Below are positions 24,401 through 36,310 of a DNA stretch of 64,000 nucleotides, piece after piece. Both the position numbers and the translations under genes were made by a program. Source of the DNA: Hypanus sabinus (lineage: Eukaryota); the NCBI RefSeq assembly GCF_030144855.1, contig NC_082719.1, positions 54,932,001-54,996,000 on the forward strand. Reading direction: 5' to 3'. The notes beneath the pieces are model-generated. The model saw nothing but the letters and a program-made list of their open reading frames with translations. It was not told where the DNA came from and did no database searches. Position 1 is the stretch's first letter; every line of letters begins with the position of its first letter.

Positions 24401-27400
24401 TTTGTTGATCACAATATATAGTATTTATAACTTAATAACACTAAATATCCTGATGAAACCTAATGTAAACCATTATAAACAATTTGTGTATTGTTGAATT
24501 TGCTAATTAAAATTGATTGTAAGTGTTGGGCTGATGTGATGGTCCTTAATATTAGATTTTTTTTTAGCAATCACTATTTCAACAGCATTGAGATTTGTCT
24601 TTTTTGTTTTACTTTCAAGGTTTAATTTAACCTATCTTGCTATGTGACCACAACGAGTAACTGTACATGTTGGTTATAAACGCAACAGGTTTATCAATTA
24701 AGTTGCAACAATACAAAAGAAGCAATAGCTTAACAGAAATAAGTGTTTAAGTTTTTTGATTTCTGCATTTTAACAATTTCCTGAGTTATCTTGCTTTGGG
24801 TGTCTTTTGCAGATCAACCCATCCACTTTTGTGGCAGAGAATGCTAGATTCAAGGTGTTTTTTCAATTACCAATTAAGATGTATAGTATGAGTTACTGAA
24901 TCCTCCAAGCCACTTATTTTTAGGAACACCGGATATTTTCCTGTTGTCCTTCAGAAAGGGGAGATGTATGAAAATTGGAATATTAAACAAAGAACAGCTT
25001 GTCTAGCTGTAATGGTATCACATGCAGTACATGAAATTATCTTCTATTGATGCCTTGCTTCCACTCATATGATTTTTGCTTTGGTGTACAGAGCATCTGT
25101 CTGATGTAAAACTTTCTACAGGCATGTAATCATTAGGTTAATTTCTTTTGCATTCCTACATTTTGGACTTGATATGAAAGCAAAATGGATTTCACAAGAA
25201 ATTCCTAGCCTTGTGGCCCCAATTATGGATCATAAGACAATATAAAATTGTTTTAATTGGAAAACTTTGCTTCGATTCTGTAAACACTATATGGCTATAA
25301 CGTTCTATACATGTATATAGTAAAATGACAATAAACTTGACTTCGCATACTTGTACATTTCATTTCCTCAGCATCTCCTGTCTACCCAAGTAGCCTTGCT
25401 GAAGGTGGGAATGAAATGATGCTTACATAAAATCAACTTGCTGGGAAAAGTCGTCAGGTTGAACAGCATTTATGGAAAGAAAAGTGATTAATGTTTCAAG
25501 TAGAAGCTCTTACTTTCAGATTTCTGGCATCTAGTATTTTGATGTCCGTTTATTGATGTTGAGTTGATATTTCTCAAAAAAACATAACTTCTTGCACTAT
25601 TCCCTTATTTAACTTCCTTCATAATTACTATTGCAATATCTGTTATAATAACTTGTATTATAGTACAAGATTAATTTGTTTCACAGGAATGTGGTGCTGT
25701 CAATCTTTAAGCCAGCTTGTGTTTTATTGGTTACTTGACATTTGGAATTTAAAATGCAAGTGGAGCTGACGATCTGAAAGAACTGGATCTCTAATAGCAT
25801 TTTATTTGTTAACATTCAGGTGATGGTGTTCATACAGTATTTGTGGCAGTTGCTGGCAGAAGTAATGGTTTGGGACCAGTGCTGTCTGGAAACACTACTT
25901 GTCCTGTTATAAACTGCCCTCCCATATCTGCTGATTGGGGTGCTGAAGATATTTGGTCGTCACTGCGAATGCCTAGTGGTAAGTTGTTGAATCCTCTGAG
26001 CACCTCTTTAGATAATGTATCCAGCTTAATTTAGTATTAGTTGTTTTGAGGAATCTTGTTGGCCCCTGTCTTTATTAACCTGTGTGTCAAGTATTTTTGG
26101 TTATGATGGCTTCATTAGAGTGGACGTCAGACTGAAAGGGGAAAAATTGCAGATGCATTTTTTTGGTGGGTTTTTTTTGATCTACCAATATTTTCAGTGT
26201 CCTGGTTCTTGCTACATCCAAACTGATTCTATAATTTGATAATTACCCCCATTACTACTGTCTGTCATTTACAGTTGCATGTCCAACATTTTATACAAGA
26301 AAGAAAACAATCAGAACAAAATTAAAACAAAAGTTTGTGACATTTTCTGTTTATGTATTATATTTTTTCAACTTGTTGTATTATTCATAGGTGCTTATTA
26401 TAGTTTACTTCAAAGCGGGCTGCTATTAGTATATTTGAGACCATGAGTTGTGTCTAGGCCAGGGGTTCCACAGACCCCTCAGTTAATGGCAGGGGTCCAT
26501 GGCATTTTTTTTAAAAAAGGTTGGGAACCCTTGGTCTAGGCAGTGACCATGTAGAGATTTGTTTGCCACCTGCTTTAAGTTCTTGGAAGTTCCCCGAACA
26601 TGTTCTGCATCCTGCTGTTTTGAGGGAAAGTGCTTTTGATTTGATTTTGATCTTAATCTCCTTGACCTGGAAAGTGAAGTGTGTAATTCACTATTCAAAA
26701 AAAAATCAGTGATGATGTCTTAATATGGTTCCTGATAACACTTCACTTAAATCATGTGATTGGAGAGAGTTAACATGTATTAAAGAAAAAATGTTGAGGG
26801 CATCTGAATGAGGTCATAAAGTTTAGAGTTCTAAAGTTAGAGTTAGTGGCCATGTATTTGGATTTTCAAAAAGCATTCAACAAGATGGCACAGGATAAAG
26901 AAAATTAGGGTATTATTGTGCTCAGTGTATTGATGTGGAGTTTGGAATGCCTCATTAAGAAACGGGTTGTTCTCAAAATTCAAAGTACTATTTATTATCA
27001 AAGTATACATTATACAACCTAGATCTTCTCCTAACAGGCAGCCATGAAACAAACACCATATGGGTTAAAAATATAAGAGAATAACCCATTAAAAAGGACT
27101 GTCGAACACTCAGTGTGCAATGGGGAGGGGGGAGAATCATGCAAACAAATAGTGTTTCTGAACTGAAGTCCCCAAGAGAGTCCTGTAGTTCAGCGCAGAG
27201 CTGAGTAAACATCATAAAGCCACGTTCTTAATCTGCCCAAACCTTGCCTTTGGCTCTGACACCCTGATCTTTCCAGCACCTTTTACCTTTTCAATTTGGC
27301 CTGGCTCCATCCCAACATTGGGTTCTGCTGCTTCAGGCAGTAATCTGAACCAGCCCGTACCTCGCCCCCAGTCCCTATATCCTGGCCCAATATAAAACAC

Positions 27401-29177
27401 AAAATAATTGATCACAAGCTATTCACCCCCTTTAGTGTGACACACCAAATCATCATGGGTGGAGCCATTTGGTTTTAGAAGTCACATACTTAGTTAAATA
27501 GAGATCTGTTTTTGGAGACTTGTGTACAATTGTAGTAATGATACACCTGTATCTAGAAGGTACAGCTACTGGTAAGCCAGTATCCTGGCAAAAACTACAC
27601 CATGATGACAAAAGTCTCCAAACAACTCCATTAAAATGTTATTGAAAAGCATCAGTCAGGAGACGGATAGAAGAACATTTCCAAGTCACTGAAAGTCCCT
27701 TGGCGTACAGTTAAGTCAGTCATCTAGAAATAGTAAGAGTTTGGCACAGCTGTAAATCTGCCAAGAGCAGGCTGTCCTCAAGACCATGCAAGAAGGGGAT
27801 TAGTGAAGGGGGCCACCAAGAGGCTTACAACAACTCTGAAGGAGTTGCAAGCTTCAGTGGTTGAGATGGGAGAGTCAATGCATATGTAACACTTACCCAA
27901 CAGGCTGGTATATGTCTAGGGGGAAAAGGAGATCCAGCCACTCGCCAACCCCACCTCCTGTACACGCAGGGGCTGTGGGAATCATGGTTATGCAGCGCGT
28001 ACACACACAATATCAAACTCACACCAGATACGGTTATGGAATACACTTTAAAGAGTTTACTAAAACTAAAAAAGTACTAGACAATACAATATGAAAGAAA
28101 AAGCAAAAGGCGCCAAACTTATCAAAGTCCAAACCACTTCGTGCACAACCGTTGGAACTCAATTATTGAAGTCTTCTGGCCACCATTCGACCCCCTCCGA
28201 ACTCCTCGACTCGCAGTTCAGGACCATCCGAAGTGGTCAACCAAACACATCTATCTTCGTCTCCTCTCCTCGGGGTACCTCCTAGCCTCGGACCCCCGCT
28301 TGAGGTCTGTTCCTCGCCCAGTTTACAGTATCACATCCTCTCTCTCTCACCCCCTCGCGCCGATCTCCCAAAAGCCCGCCAACAATAATTTACAGACTCA
28401 GAAGAAAAAACAACATTAATCCCAATTGGTTAACAAAGGAATACAATTCTCCTTATCAGTAAATTTTAACCCAAACAAGCTTCCAGCACTCTCTCGCAAC
28501 AAAAACATTCCTACTTTTAACAAAACAAAGAAGCCATTCTGAGTAACATACACAGTAACAATGAAAAAGAAGATACCCCAGGTCCATAGGACCTGGAAGG
28601 CTTGTGGAGGTAGAGGGTAAAATAAATGCAGCAAAAGATGTTATTTCTAGTGAGACAATGTCCTCAAGCATAAAACCAAAGCAACAAGGGAATAGCATAA
28701 AAACAACAAAATCAATGTTCTGGAGTGGCAAAGACCAAGTCCAGATTCAATCTAATTGAGAATTTGTGTCTAGATTTGAAAAGGGCTGTACACTCCCGAT
28801 CCTTCGCAATCTGACAGAGCTTGAGCAGTTTTGTGAAGAATGGGGGAAGAAAGTGCAGTGTCCATATGTGCAAAGCTCCCGGTGTTTTTAATTCAATCAT
28901 AGTAAAAGTGGAGAATTGGGTAGAGGGTGGAGGTTTGTCATTTTCTTTGTGATTAAAATGTATTTTGTTCCTTGTGCAAGGTGGACATTTTCTAAATGTG
29001 CCATTTGTTTTCCTAGGTCTTGGCTGCTCCACTGTTCTGTTTCCTGAGGCAGCTGCCCTTTTTGCTGCTCAGATCTTTGGTCAATTTGACCATTTAGTGT
29101 GGGTCAAGCTACGGGCAAACATTTTGAAAAACTGGATCTCCTTGAAGCAAGCTGACAAGCTGTTAAGAAACATGTGA
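15458..29177 (+). CDS. PAICS: Bifunctional SAICAR synthetase / AIR carboxylase, intact copy 1 (423 aa)
   Basis: join(15458-15473,17411-17608,18538-18716,21155-21334,21411-21524,22377-22460,22818-22998,25820-25978,29017-29177) = 1272 nt, all GT-AG, no internal stops. Motifs [61 protein letters not shown]. Confidence 0.97.
16010..17265 (-). mobile_element. Penelope-like retroelement 3' fragment (GIY-YIG end plus terminal repeat)
   Basis: [19 protein letters not shown]...[15 protein letters not shown]...GLLYC...KLEE; copy 2 (36311-36425) keeps the VIYCIQC GIY-YIG segment. Confidence 0.8.
16218..16850 (-). mobile_element. Rex1/Babar-type LINE 3' fragment nested in the Penelope relic
   Basis: [12 protein letters not shown]...RINKLIRK...[10 protein letters not shown]...[20 protein letters not shown]; AATAAA plus (TGTC)n tail. 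Confidence 0.8.
17411..17608 (+). CDS. PAICS: PAICS copy 1 coding exon 2
   Basis: [19 protein letters not shown]...[22 protein letters not shown]...LLQEAG. Confidence 0.96.
18538..18716 (+). CDS. PAICS: PAICS copy 1 coding exon 3
   Basis: [14 protein letters not shown]...[26 protein letters not shown]...FLK. Confidence 0.96.
19476..20374 (+). mobile_element. Tigger/pogo-like non-autonomous transposon, copy 1 only
   Basis: TIRs CAGATAGTCCCCAAGTTACGAA / TTCGTAACCCAGGGACTGCCTG followed by TA; HTH remnant ([15 protein letters not shown]); empty site at ~38270. Confidence 0.88.
21155..21334 (+). CDS. PAICS: PAICS copy 1 coding exon 4
   Basis: [13 protein letters not shown]...[19 protein letters not shown]. 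Confidence 0.96.
21411..21524 (+). CDS. PAICS: PAICS copy 1 coding exon 5
   Basis: VEFGV...[25 protein letters not shown]. Confidence 0.96.
22377..22460 (+). CDS. PAICS: PAICS copy 1 coding exon 6
   Basis: [28 protein letters not shown]. Confidence 0.96.
22818..22998 (+). CDS. PAICS: PAICS copy 1 coding exon 7
   Basis: [23 protein letters not shown]...[14 protein letters not shown]...KAEYE. Confidence 0.96.
25820..25978 (+). CDS. PAICS: PAICS copy 1 coding exon 8
   Basis: [25 protein letters not shown]...WSSLRMPS. Confidence 0.96.
26460..26533. mobile_element. 74-bp hAT MITE (second copy 43096-43169)
   Basis: Termini CAGGGGTTCC / GGAACCCTTG; perfect 8-bp TSD GTCTAGGC. Confidence 0.85.
27400..28875 (+). 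mobile_element. Degenerate Tc1 transposon interrupted by an LTR-like insert (~27885-28580)
   Basis: Tc1 N-terminal HTH remnant and WPxQSPDxNxIEN-like C-terminal remnant; the insert starts TGTAAC and is absent from copy 2. Confidence 0.7.
29017..29177 (+). CDS. PAICS: PAICS copy 1 last coding exon
   Basis: [22 protein letters not shown]...[14 protein letters not shown]. Confidence 0.96.
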
Positions 29178-32100
29178 TCAAAAAGTTTCAAAGGACACTT
29201 CGGTGTATCTTGCATTGCTCATTTGGTTTATACAACAGATTAAATTCAGCTAACAAATTAAAAGCAACATTACTGCAGATGTTTTTTCTCTGACACTGGA
29301 AATCTGAGATGATAATGCAGTTTACTCCAAAAAGACAACAATTATGTCTGGAGAAAACTTACACAATTGAGGGGTAACAGGGAAAACATTTCAGAAGGAA
29401 ATTATTTCAGAACTTTATATCAATAGAATAGATTAAACTAGTAACACACAAAGCACTCTGCAAAAGTAACACAATAAATTTTGTAGTGCAAGTAAATCAT
29501 GCAGTTGTTGATAAATGGGTTTAATCTAGCAAAGAGCAAACAACATTGTTAGTTGTTTTTTCACTGGATAACCATCAGGCTATCAGGTCTTAGTGACAGT
29601 AACCCCTTTCTCTGTATAACCCAAATATATTTAACTAACTTTGAACATCCTAGTTCAACAGAGATAGAGAACTATTCCAAGTAAATATAAACTTAAATTT
29701 CATATTAATATGCTTAACATTTGTTCTCAATCATTTTTACACAAAGCTTTACACTAATGCTTCAATTTCAACATGATGAACAAACACCACAGTGAACTTG
29801 CCTTTACAGGTATTCTGCAAAATTAATGAGGTAGATATGAGGTATGTTCCTCAAATCAGAGTGTGCACCAAAATAGTTTCCCATATATAAGCAACCTTAG
29901 CTGAAACATAGATACCTGTTATGAATGTTAAGCATGGTTAATGCAGTCTAATCTGGGCTTCAATTTGTTATTTTGAGACAAAAGTCCAGCATTCCATTCA
30001 CCATTTGAAGGTTTTCTTAGCCTGTCCCTATATTATAAAAATTAATATCTGCAAACATTGATTCTCATCCCATTTCCAGTAAGTCCTCTAATATTTCAGA
30101 CGTCATTCCATAACTCCTGCTCACACATCACTGGCTTTTACAATTCTCATTCAGACAGCACCACCACTTTAATCATTTACACTCTCTGCATCACTATCCA
30201 TCACATTCATTCTTTCCAACACCAATGCCCGTTATCTGCAAATGAAATTTCAGAATTATCATCGTCTTATAGGATGTTAAATTTGTTGCGTTGCAGCAGC
30301 AATACACTGCAAAAACTGAAATTATTACTTGCAAAATGAATACTGTTTAAGGTATGTGTATCTGCAATACACAGACCAGCAAGGACAAGCATTGGTTACA
30401 TTAATCAAAAACACTGTCTGAAGTTTCTTCTAATTTGGATCTGATTAGTTAGTAGAAAATGTGGTCAATTTGATAATAGTTAATACATGAAAATTTGACT
30501 GCTCCCTGCTGAAATCAGAAGCCATTTCCCACTTCTATCTCACATTCCACTGCAAGAATTTGCAAACTTTCCAATCCAGACTCTGATCTTTGGCTTCCTC
30601 TTCATTTGTTCTTTTGTACAATTGCTCTGGAATTGACAGCAGCTTTTCTGTATTAAGACTTATTCTGCCTAAATTCTACCATTCTTATAAAAGTGAAAAT
30701 AGAAGTTCCAAGAAGGACCCAAAATTATCTTTCGAGTTTGCAAAGATACTGAATGTTGCTAAGAGCAAAACTTAAATTGAATGCTGAAGATCTACAATAT
30801 CAAACAGTCACTGAACAGACACAAACCTGTCCATATTAACTGGTCTCCTTGGCTTCAGTTCTGTTCAGATAACAATGTTTGTCATAGTGCAACAAATATC
30901 ACAACTTATTTCTTATTATCAAACAAAAACTGATGCATCTTTGTAGTACATTTCTAAGGCAAATTTCCAAATGTTTTTCAATAGAAAGAGGTTTTGGAAT
31001 GTCTGAAGGGAAGAAAAGGAGTGAACAGTTAGTGGTATGAAAGCACTTAGGAAGCAAACTGTAACGGAAAAATTTGTTTTGCAGAATTAATTGCCTAGAA
31101 AGAACAAGTCGGTCAGGAACAGTATTTGTGTAACCTTTGAATAGATTTTCAAATAGGAATGTGGAGGATACAAGAATGAAACTACCCGTGATGCAATCAA
31201 ACATTGCTAAACAATGTTTAACTTATTAATTACACTGGCATTAGGAGCATTTCCAGTCCATCGGTACTATTGCAAGGTTAACTGAAACAAAAATAAAATG
31301 AATTGCATTCAGTTTTTGATTTATTTTTTCTTATAATTTAGCATGTTACACCTGACTTTTAGTAGAAGCACTGCAAGGAATCTGTGCTGGGAGTTTTTCC
31401 TTGGCATGAAAGATTCTAGTCCTTAAGCTCTTCCACAGCACCAAGAGTTTGATCCAAAGTAGTCCTCACCAGTACATCCTCCCAGTAAATATTTTATTTG
31501 AAATATGTACTCATAGTGAACATAACATCAAACTCGCTACACAGAACTGTGTGAAATGCACACACCAAATTAGAAACGTGGAATTCAAGAGGAAAATTGT
31601 TTTGATACTGGACAAGTCATCCACACATTAGTAGCAAGGTCAATATTTATTGCCAATTCCTATTGAAAAGCTGGTGGCAACCACTTTCTATAACTGTTGT
31701 AGTTTTCTGGTTAAAGTACTCCATAAAGCTGTTTGTTGGATAATTCCAAGACTTAGATCCAGCAATCACGAAGGAATTACGATTCACTTCTAAGTCAACA
31801 TAACGTACAACTTGTAGAGAATCGGAAAGCTGTGGTGTTTTTATGTACCTATGCCTTTGCCTTTTGTGGCATTACAGAACACTAATTTGGGATGGTTTTA
31901 TTAGGTAAATAACTGAAATACACTTGGGTACCTCTTGTACCTGATCATTCTTTACAAGCTTTACCACGATGAAGCAGTGGAAAGGGTCTCCAGCATCAAC
32001 TTCTTGGGAGTGGACATCACAGCAGAGCTTCCTTGATAGCAGGGAAGGCTCAGCAGCACCTATATTATCTTAGGAGTTTAAAGAAAGCAAATCATCCCCA

Positions 32101-32266
32101 AAAGCCACTGATAAACTTTTACCGATGTGTAATTGAGAGCATGCTGACCTACTGCATGGCAGTATGGTACACTAGCTGCAGTAAGATCAACCAAAAAGCA
32201 TAATAAGTTATCAGGACTACACAGAACATTAATGGGATACAATTACCAGATATAGACAACACCAGC

Positions 32267-33195
32267 AGTGTGCCTGATGTTGTAACGTGAAGGAAGAGCA
32301 GTAGGTGCAGTTACTATCACAAGGGAGAAGGTGCTCAAAAATCTGAAAGACCTAAAGTTTAGTAAGTCATCTGGACCAGGTGAACTGCACCCTAGGGTTC
32401 TGAAAGTGGTAGCATTAAAGATTCTGGTGGCATTAGAAATGATCTTTCAAAAACTCAATGGACTCTAGCATGGTGCCAGAGGACTGGAAAACTGCAAATG
32501 TCACTCAACTCTTCAAGAAAGGAGGAAGGTAGCAGAAAGGAAATTATGTACCAGTTAACCTGACCATTTTAGCATTCATCTGAAGAAGTCTAGAATAAAA
32601 GAACAAGGATGTGATGTTGAGGCTTCACCTTGAGTATTGTGAACAGTTTTGGGCCCCTCATCTTAGAAAAGATGTTTTGGCATTGGAGGGGGTCCAGAGG
32701 AGGTTCACAGGGATGATTCCAGGAATGAAAGGGTTGTCATACAAGGAACGTTTGATGCTCTGGGCCTGTACTCGCTGGAATTCAGAGAGATGGGGGGGGT
32801 GGGGGTGGGATCTCATTGAAACCTTTCGAATGTTCAATGGCCTAGAGAGAGTAGATGTGGAAAGGATGCTTCCCATGGTGGGGGAGTTCAGGACAAGAGG
32901 GTACAGCCTCAGGATAAAGTGGCGCCCTTTCAAAACAGATGTGGAGAAATTTCTTTAGCCAAAAGGTGGTGAATTTGTGGAATTTGTTGCCAGATGCAGC
33001 TGTGGAGGCCAGGTCACTGGGTGTATCTAAGGCAGAGATTGACAGGTTCTTGATTGGATATGGCATCAAAGGTTACGGGGAGAAGACTGGGAACTGGGGT
33101 TGAGGAGGAGATTAACAAAAAGGATCAGCCAAGATTGAATGGCAGAGCAGACTTGATGGGTTTAATTCTGCTTCTATGTCTTATGGTCTTATATG
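32267..33195 (+). mobile_element. CR1 LINE fragment (copy-2 counterpart, internally deleted)
   Basis: Collinear with 9757-11392, with ~0.7 kb removed near 32565. Confidence 0.85.
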
Positions 33196-34194
33196 GAAAC
33201 CATCTACAACTCACAATGTCTACAGCAGGCTCGGAAAAATCGTAATCTCATCTGACCCCAGCAATAACCTGTTCAATCTCCTAACATCTGGCAGGAGGTA
33301 CAGGGATATCTCTGCATGAACATTCAGACTGAAAAGCAGCTTTCACTCCCCCCCCACCCCCCACGGCTACCGTGCAACTGAGCAATGCCCCTCCATCCAC
33401 CCATAATTCACAGGCACTATGGGCAACCTCTAAGTACAATACATGGGCATAATTTTACTTATTGCGATACAGTGCAGAGTAGAACCTTCTAGCTTTCCAA
33501 GCCACACAGCCCAGCAACTGCCGATTTATTCCTAGCCTAATTATGGGACAATTAACAAAAACCAACTTACTTACAAACGGGCACACCTTTGGACTGTGGG
33601 AGGACACCAGAGCACCCGGAGGAAACCCACACAGTTACGGAGAAAACATACAAACTTTTTATAGGCAGCAGCAGTAATTGACCAACTAGATCAATTGGTA
33701 CAAGGAATGCAGGATTTGAATAATTTGTCTTCTTTTACATCCTGGCTGTCTACCCTGTTGGTGTGGTGCTTTGTTGATTATATTATAGTTATTAGGCTTA
33801 TTGAGTATGCCCACAAGAAAATGTATCACAGGGTTGTATATGGTGACATATCTGTTCTTTGACAATAAACTCACTCTGAACTTTGAAGGTAGGTGATCAT
33901 GCTTTTTTGGAGATGGTCACTGTCTACCACTTCTGAGGGATGCATGTTACTTACTACTTGGCCCTTACTTGGAAGTTGTCTACATCTTGCTGCACGAAAC
34001 GTCCAGAAACCATAACAACTGTCCTTTGTGCAAGACATACATCCGGTTAGTGAAGGAAATAAAGAACAAGAGAAAATACAAGGATAAATGTAAGATATTT
34101 GTGTGAGAGAAAGCTTGTGTGCAGAGAAATATTTGGTTGGAATGGTGTGTATGTTCCACATGATCAATAACTAGATTACATAGGGGGAATCTAA

Positions 34195-35043
34195 GGCTAC
34201 ATCCACACTAGACTGGTTAATTTTGAAAACGCCAGTTTCGCGTAAAAACTAGGCGTCCACACTATGCGTTTTTAAACGTATCTCTGTCTACGTTCAAACG
34301 GAGATTTCGGCGAAGCTCCTCCTACTGCGCATGCGCAGGACATCTACCGAAAACAAGCGACATGCTTTGTGTCAAATCTCGCCATGAAAGTATGCATTTG
34401 TTCAGTTACAGACTAGAAAAACTTAAAACTGGTGGCCCTCCCGCAGAAGAACTTAAAAGTGAAAAGAAAACAAATACTGGAGCGTATGGAGACAACCGAC
34501 AGGGAGTTCACAGACAGTATGACCCGGCTGACGACGAACATTGAAAAACTGACTAACTCTGTTGAATTAATAAAGCACCTTGTTAAATGTATAAAACATG
34601 TCTGCATCAGTGTTATCTTGTATTTCCATACAATGTTACATTAGGCTGCTACGCATCTATTGTCAGAGAAGTACTTACATAAATAGGTAAACCACCTTCA
34701 TGCGAGTAAGGACAGAAAACGGCAAAATGAGTATACTTATTTATTCAGTACCTTTCTAACTCTTCTGGTGTCAGTTTTGTTGCCGTCTGTTCTGAGATTG
34801 TTAGGTTGCGTTCAAGAAAACAATGAAATAGCGCGCTGCTGTCTGATAGCATTTTCGGTTTATCCGGTTACCCATCCACACTGATCTGCCCGAGCAGCGT
34901 TTTCAAAAATACCCACCCTGGAAAGTGTTTCTGAAAAGCTCTGGTTTCGGAGGACGAAAACACCGTTTTAGTGTGGACAAAGGGTAAAAACGAAGAGAAA
35001 AAGCTTCGGTTACGGATTTATCCAGCGTAGTGTGGACATAGCC
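34195..35043 (+). mobile_element. PIF/Harbinger non-autonomous element, copy 2 only
   Basis: Imperfect 22-bp TIRs GGCTACATCCACACTAGACTGG / CCAGCGTAGTGTGGACATAGCC; 3-bp TSD TAA (34192-34194, 35044-35046); empty site gatcTAAtac at 13621-13630; internal coiled-coil remnant 34432-34644. Confidence 0.9.
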
Positions 35044-35653
35044 TAATACATGTGGTCAGAACATTGCTCTGGAAAATCATAAAAATTAGTTTAATTGTAA
35101 GGGAAAAAATTCATCCAAACACAGGAATGCAACTTTCTTTATATGCACAGGACTGACTCTGCAAGTGTATGAAACTACGACACATTAACTTAATAATACT
35201 CTCCCATCTGTAGTTCAGTTAATTAAAGGATGTAGGGATAGGACAGGAAAACGGTGCTTTAAGCTATTAACTTTGTCGCATTTAACCCTATGAACTAGTT
35301 GCAATAGATTCAACCAAGGGGCCAAAATGACGTTTTAATGCATTTTACCGCAAATATTGAATATCAGTACTGCACTGACAAATATGCAGAAAGGTTATAA
35401 AAAGCTGATTTTCACTGAGCAAAGCATTCAGTTTGCAAATGGTTGCAGTGAATTTTTCCCCCCAGAATTAAAAACTGGCAAAGTGCAACCAGCTTTAATG
35501 CCATATTCAATAATGTCAAATTAGTCCAGCAGTAACATTACCTTTATTTCATCTCTCCACAGGCGTTGTTGGATTTGCTTTTGATCGAATTTCAGCACAC
35601 ATGTGACTGTTTTTGCAGTTAAAAGATATAACTCAAAAAAAATACTACCCGCC

Positions 35654-36170
35654 TGTAACCAGAGAGCTGTGCCTGTCCCGTGACAGCACTGCCCTCACCT
35701 GTTCGGAGGTCACTCCACCTGCCAGTCAACATTTCGCCCCTCCCAACTAATCAATGCACACTTAACCATTGGCCACCTTAATTGGATTAACCTGTCTAGC
35801 ACCAAACCATTGGCCCCCTGACCTATAAAGGGTCCTACATTGTGCTTGGCTTCCTCGAGGGATCAGTCTGCTTCACTCTAGGTAAGGTGTGCATTGAATA
35901 GGGTTGTGGGAGCGTTTATTGTTGTCCCTTTAGCAAAGAGCCACACTTGCCCATAGCCAAAGGGGGGGGGGGGGGGGCAAGTATTGTAGTTCCTTTTCCC
36001 CTGCTTGTATGTGTACCTGTACTCCATCCCCACACCGTTTTCCTATCATTTGTACTGCAGAACTGACTTTTCCCACACTCCTCTATTCTAAATGCATTTG
36101 TAAGAACACTTGTGTTGTTTTGTTGTTCCCAAGTTTTTTCTCCCCTTGTAAATAAACTCATTATTAAAAT
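35654..36170 (+). mobile_element. Solo-LTR-like insertion, 3'-truncated, copy 2 only
   Basis: Begins TGTAAC exactly where homology to copy 1 stops; CCAAT-type boxes, TATAAAG at 35824-35830, donor AG|GTAAGG at 35882, AATAAA at 36151-36156. No clean right end or TSD. Confidence 0.6.
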
Positions 36171-36222
36171 AAGGCTCATTTTGCAACCTGCTCCCCCGTC
36201 TTGTCAGGGTGCATCTGCAACA

Positions 36223-36310
36223 GGGGGCTCGGCCAGCGCTTACTTGTGCTGCCACCCAACCAGTCCCAAAGTGATAACGAGCCGGCCAGCACACAACCAA
36301 ACTCCTCACC
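36223..36310 (-). pseudogene. PPAT: Decayed relic of PPAT exon 1 inside copy 2
   Basis: ggccagcgcttacttgtgctgcc...accagtccc...gccggccagcacacaacc...actcctcacc aligns with 14494-14610, with deletions and no ATG. Confidence 0.85.

Larger units (their letters stand above)
6692..29190 (+). repeat. Tandem segmental duplication, copy 1
   Basis: Sequence beginning gacaccggtgtatcttgcattg (~6692) recurs at ~29194 and stays collinear through the PAICS stop codon. Confidence 0.93.
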
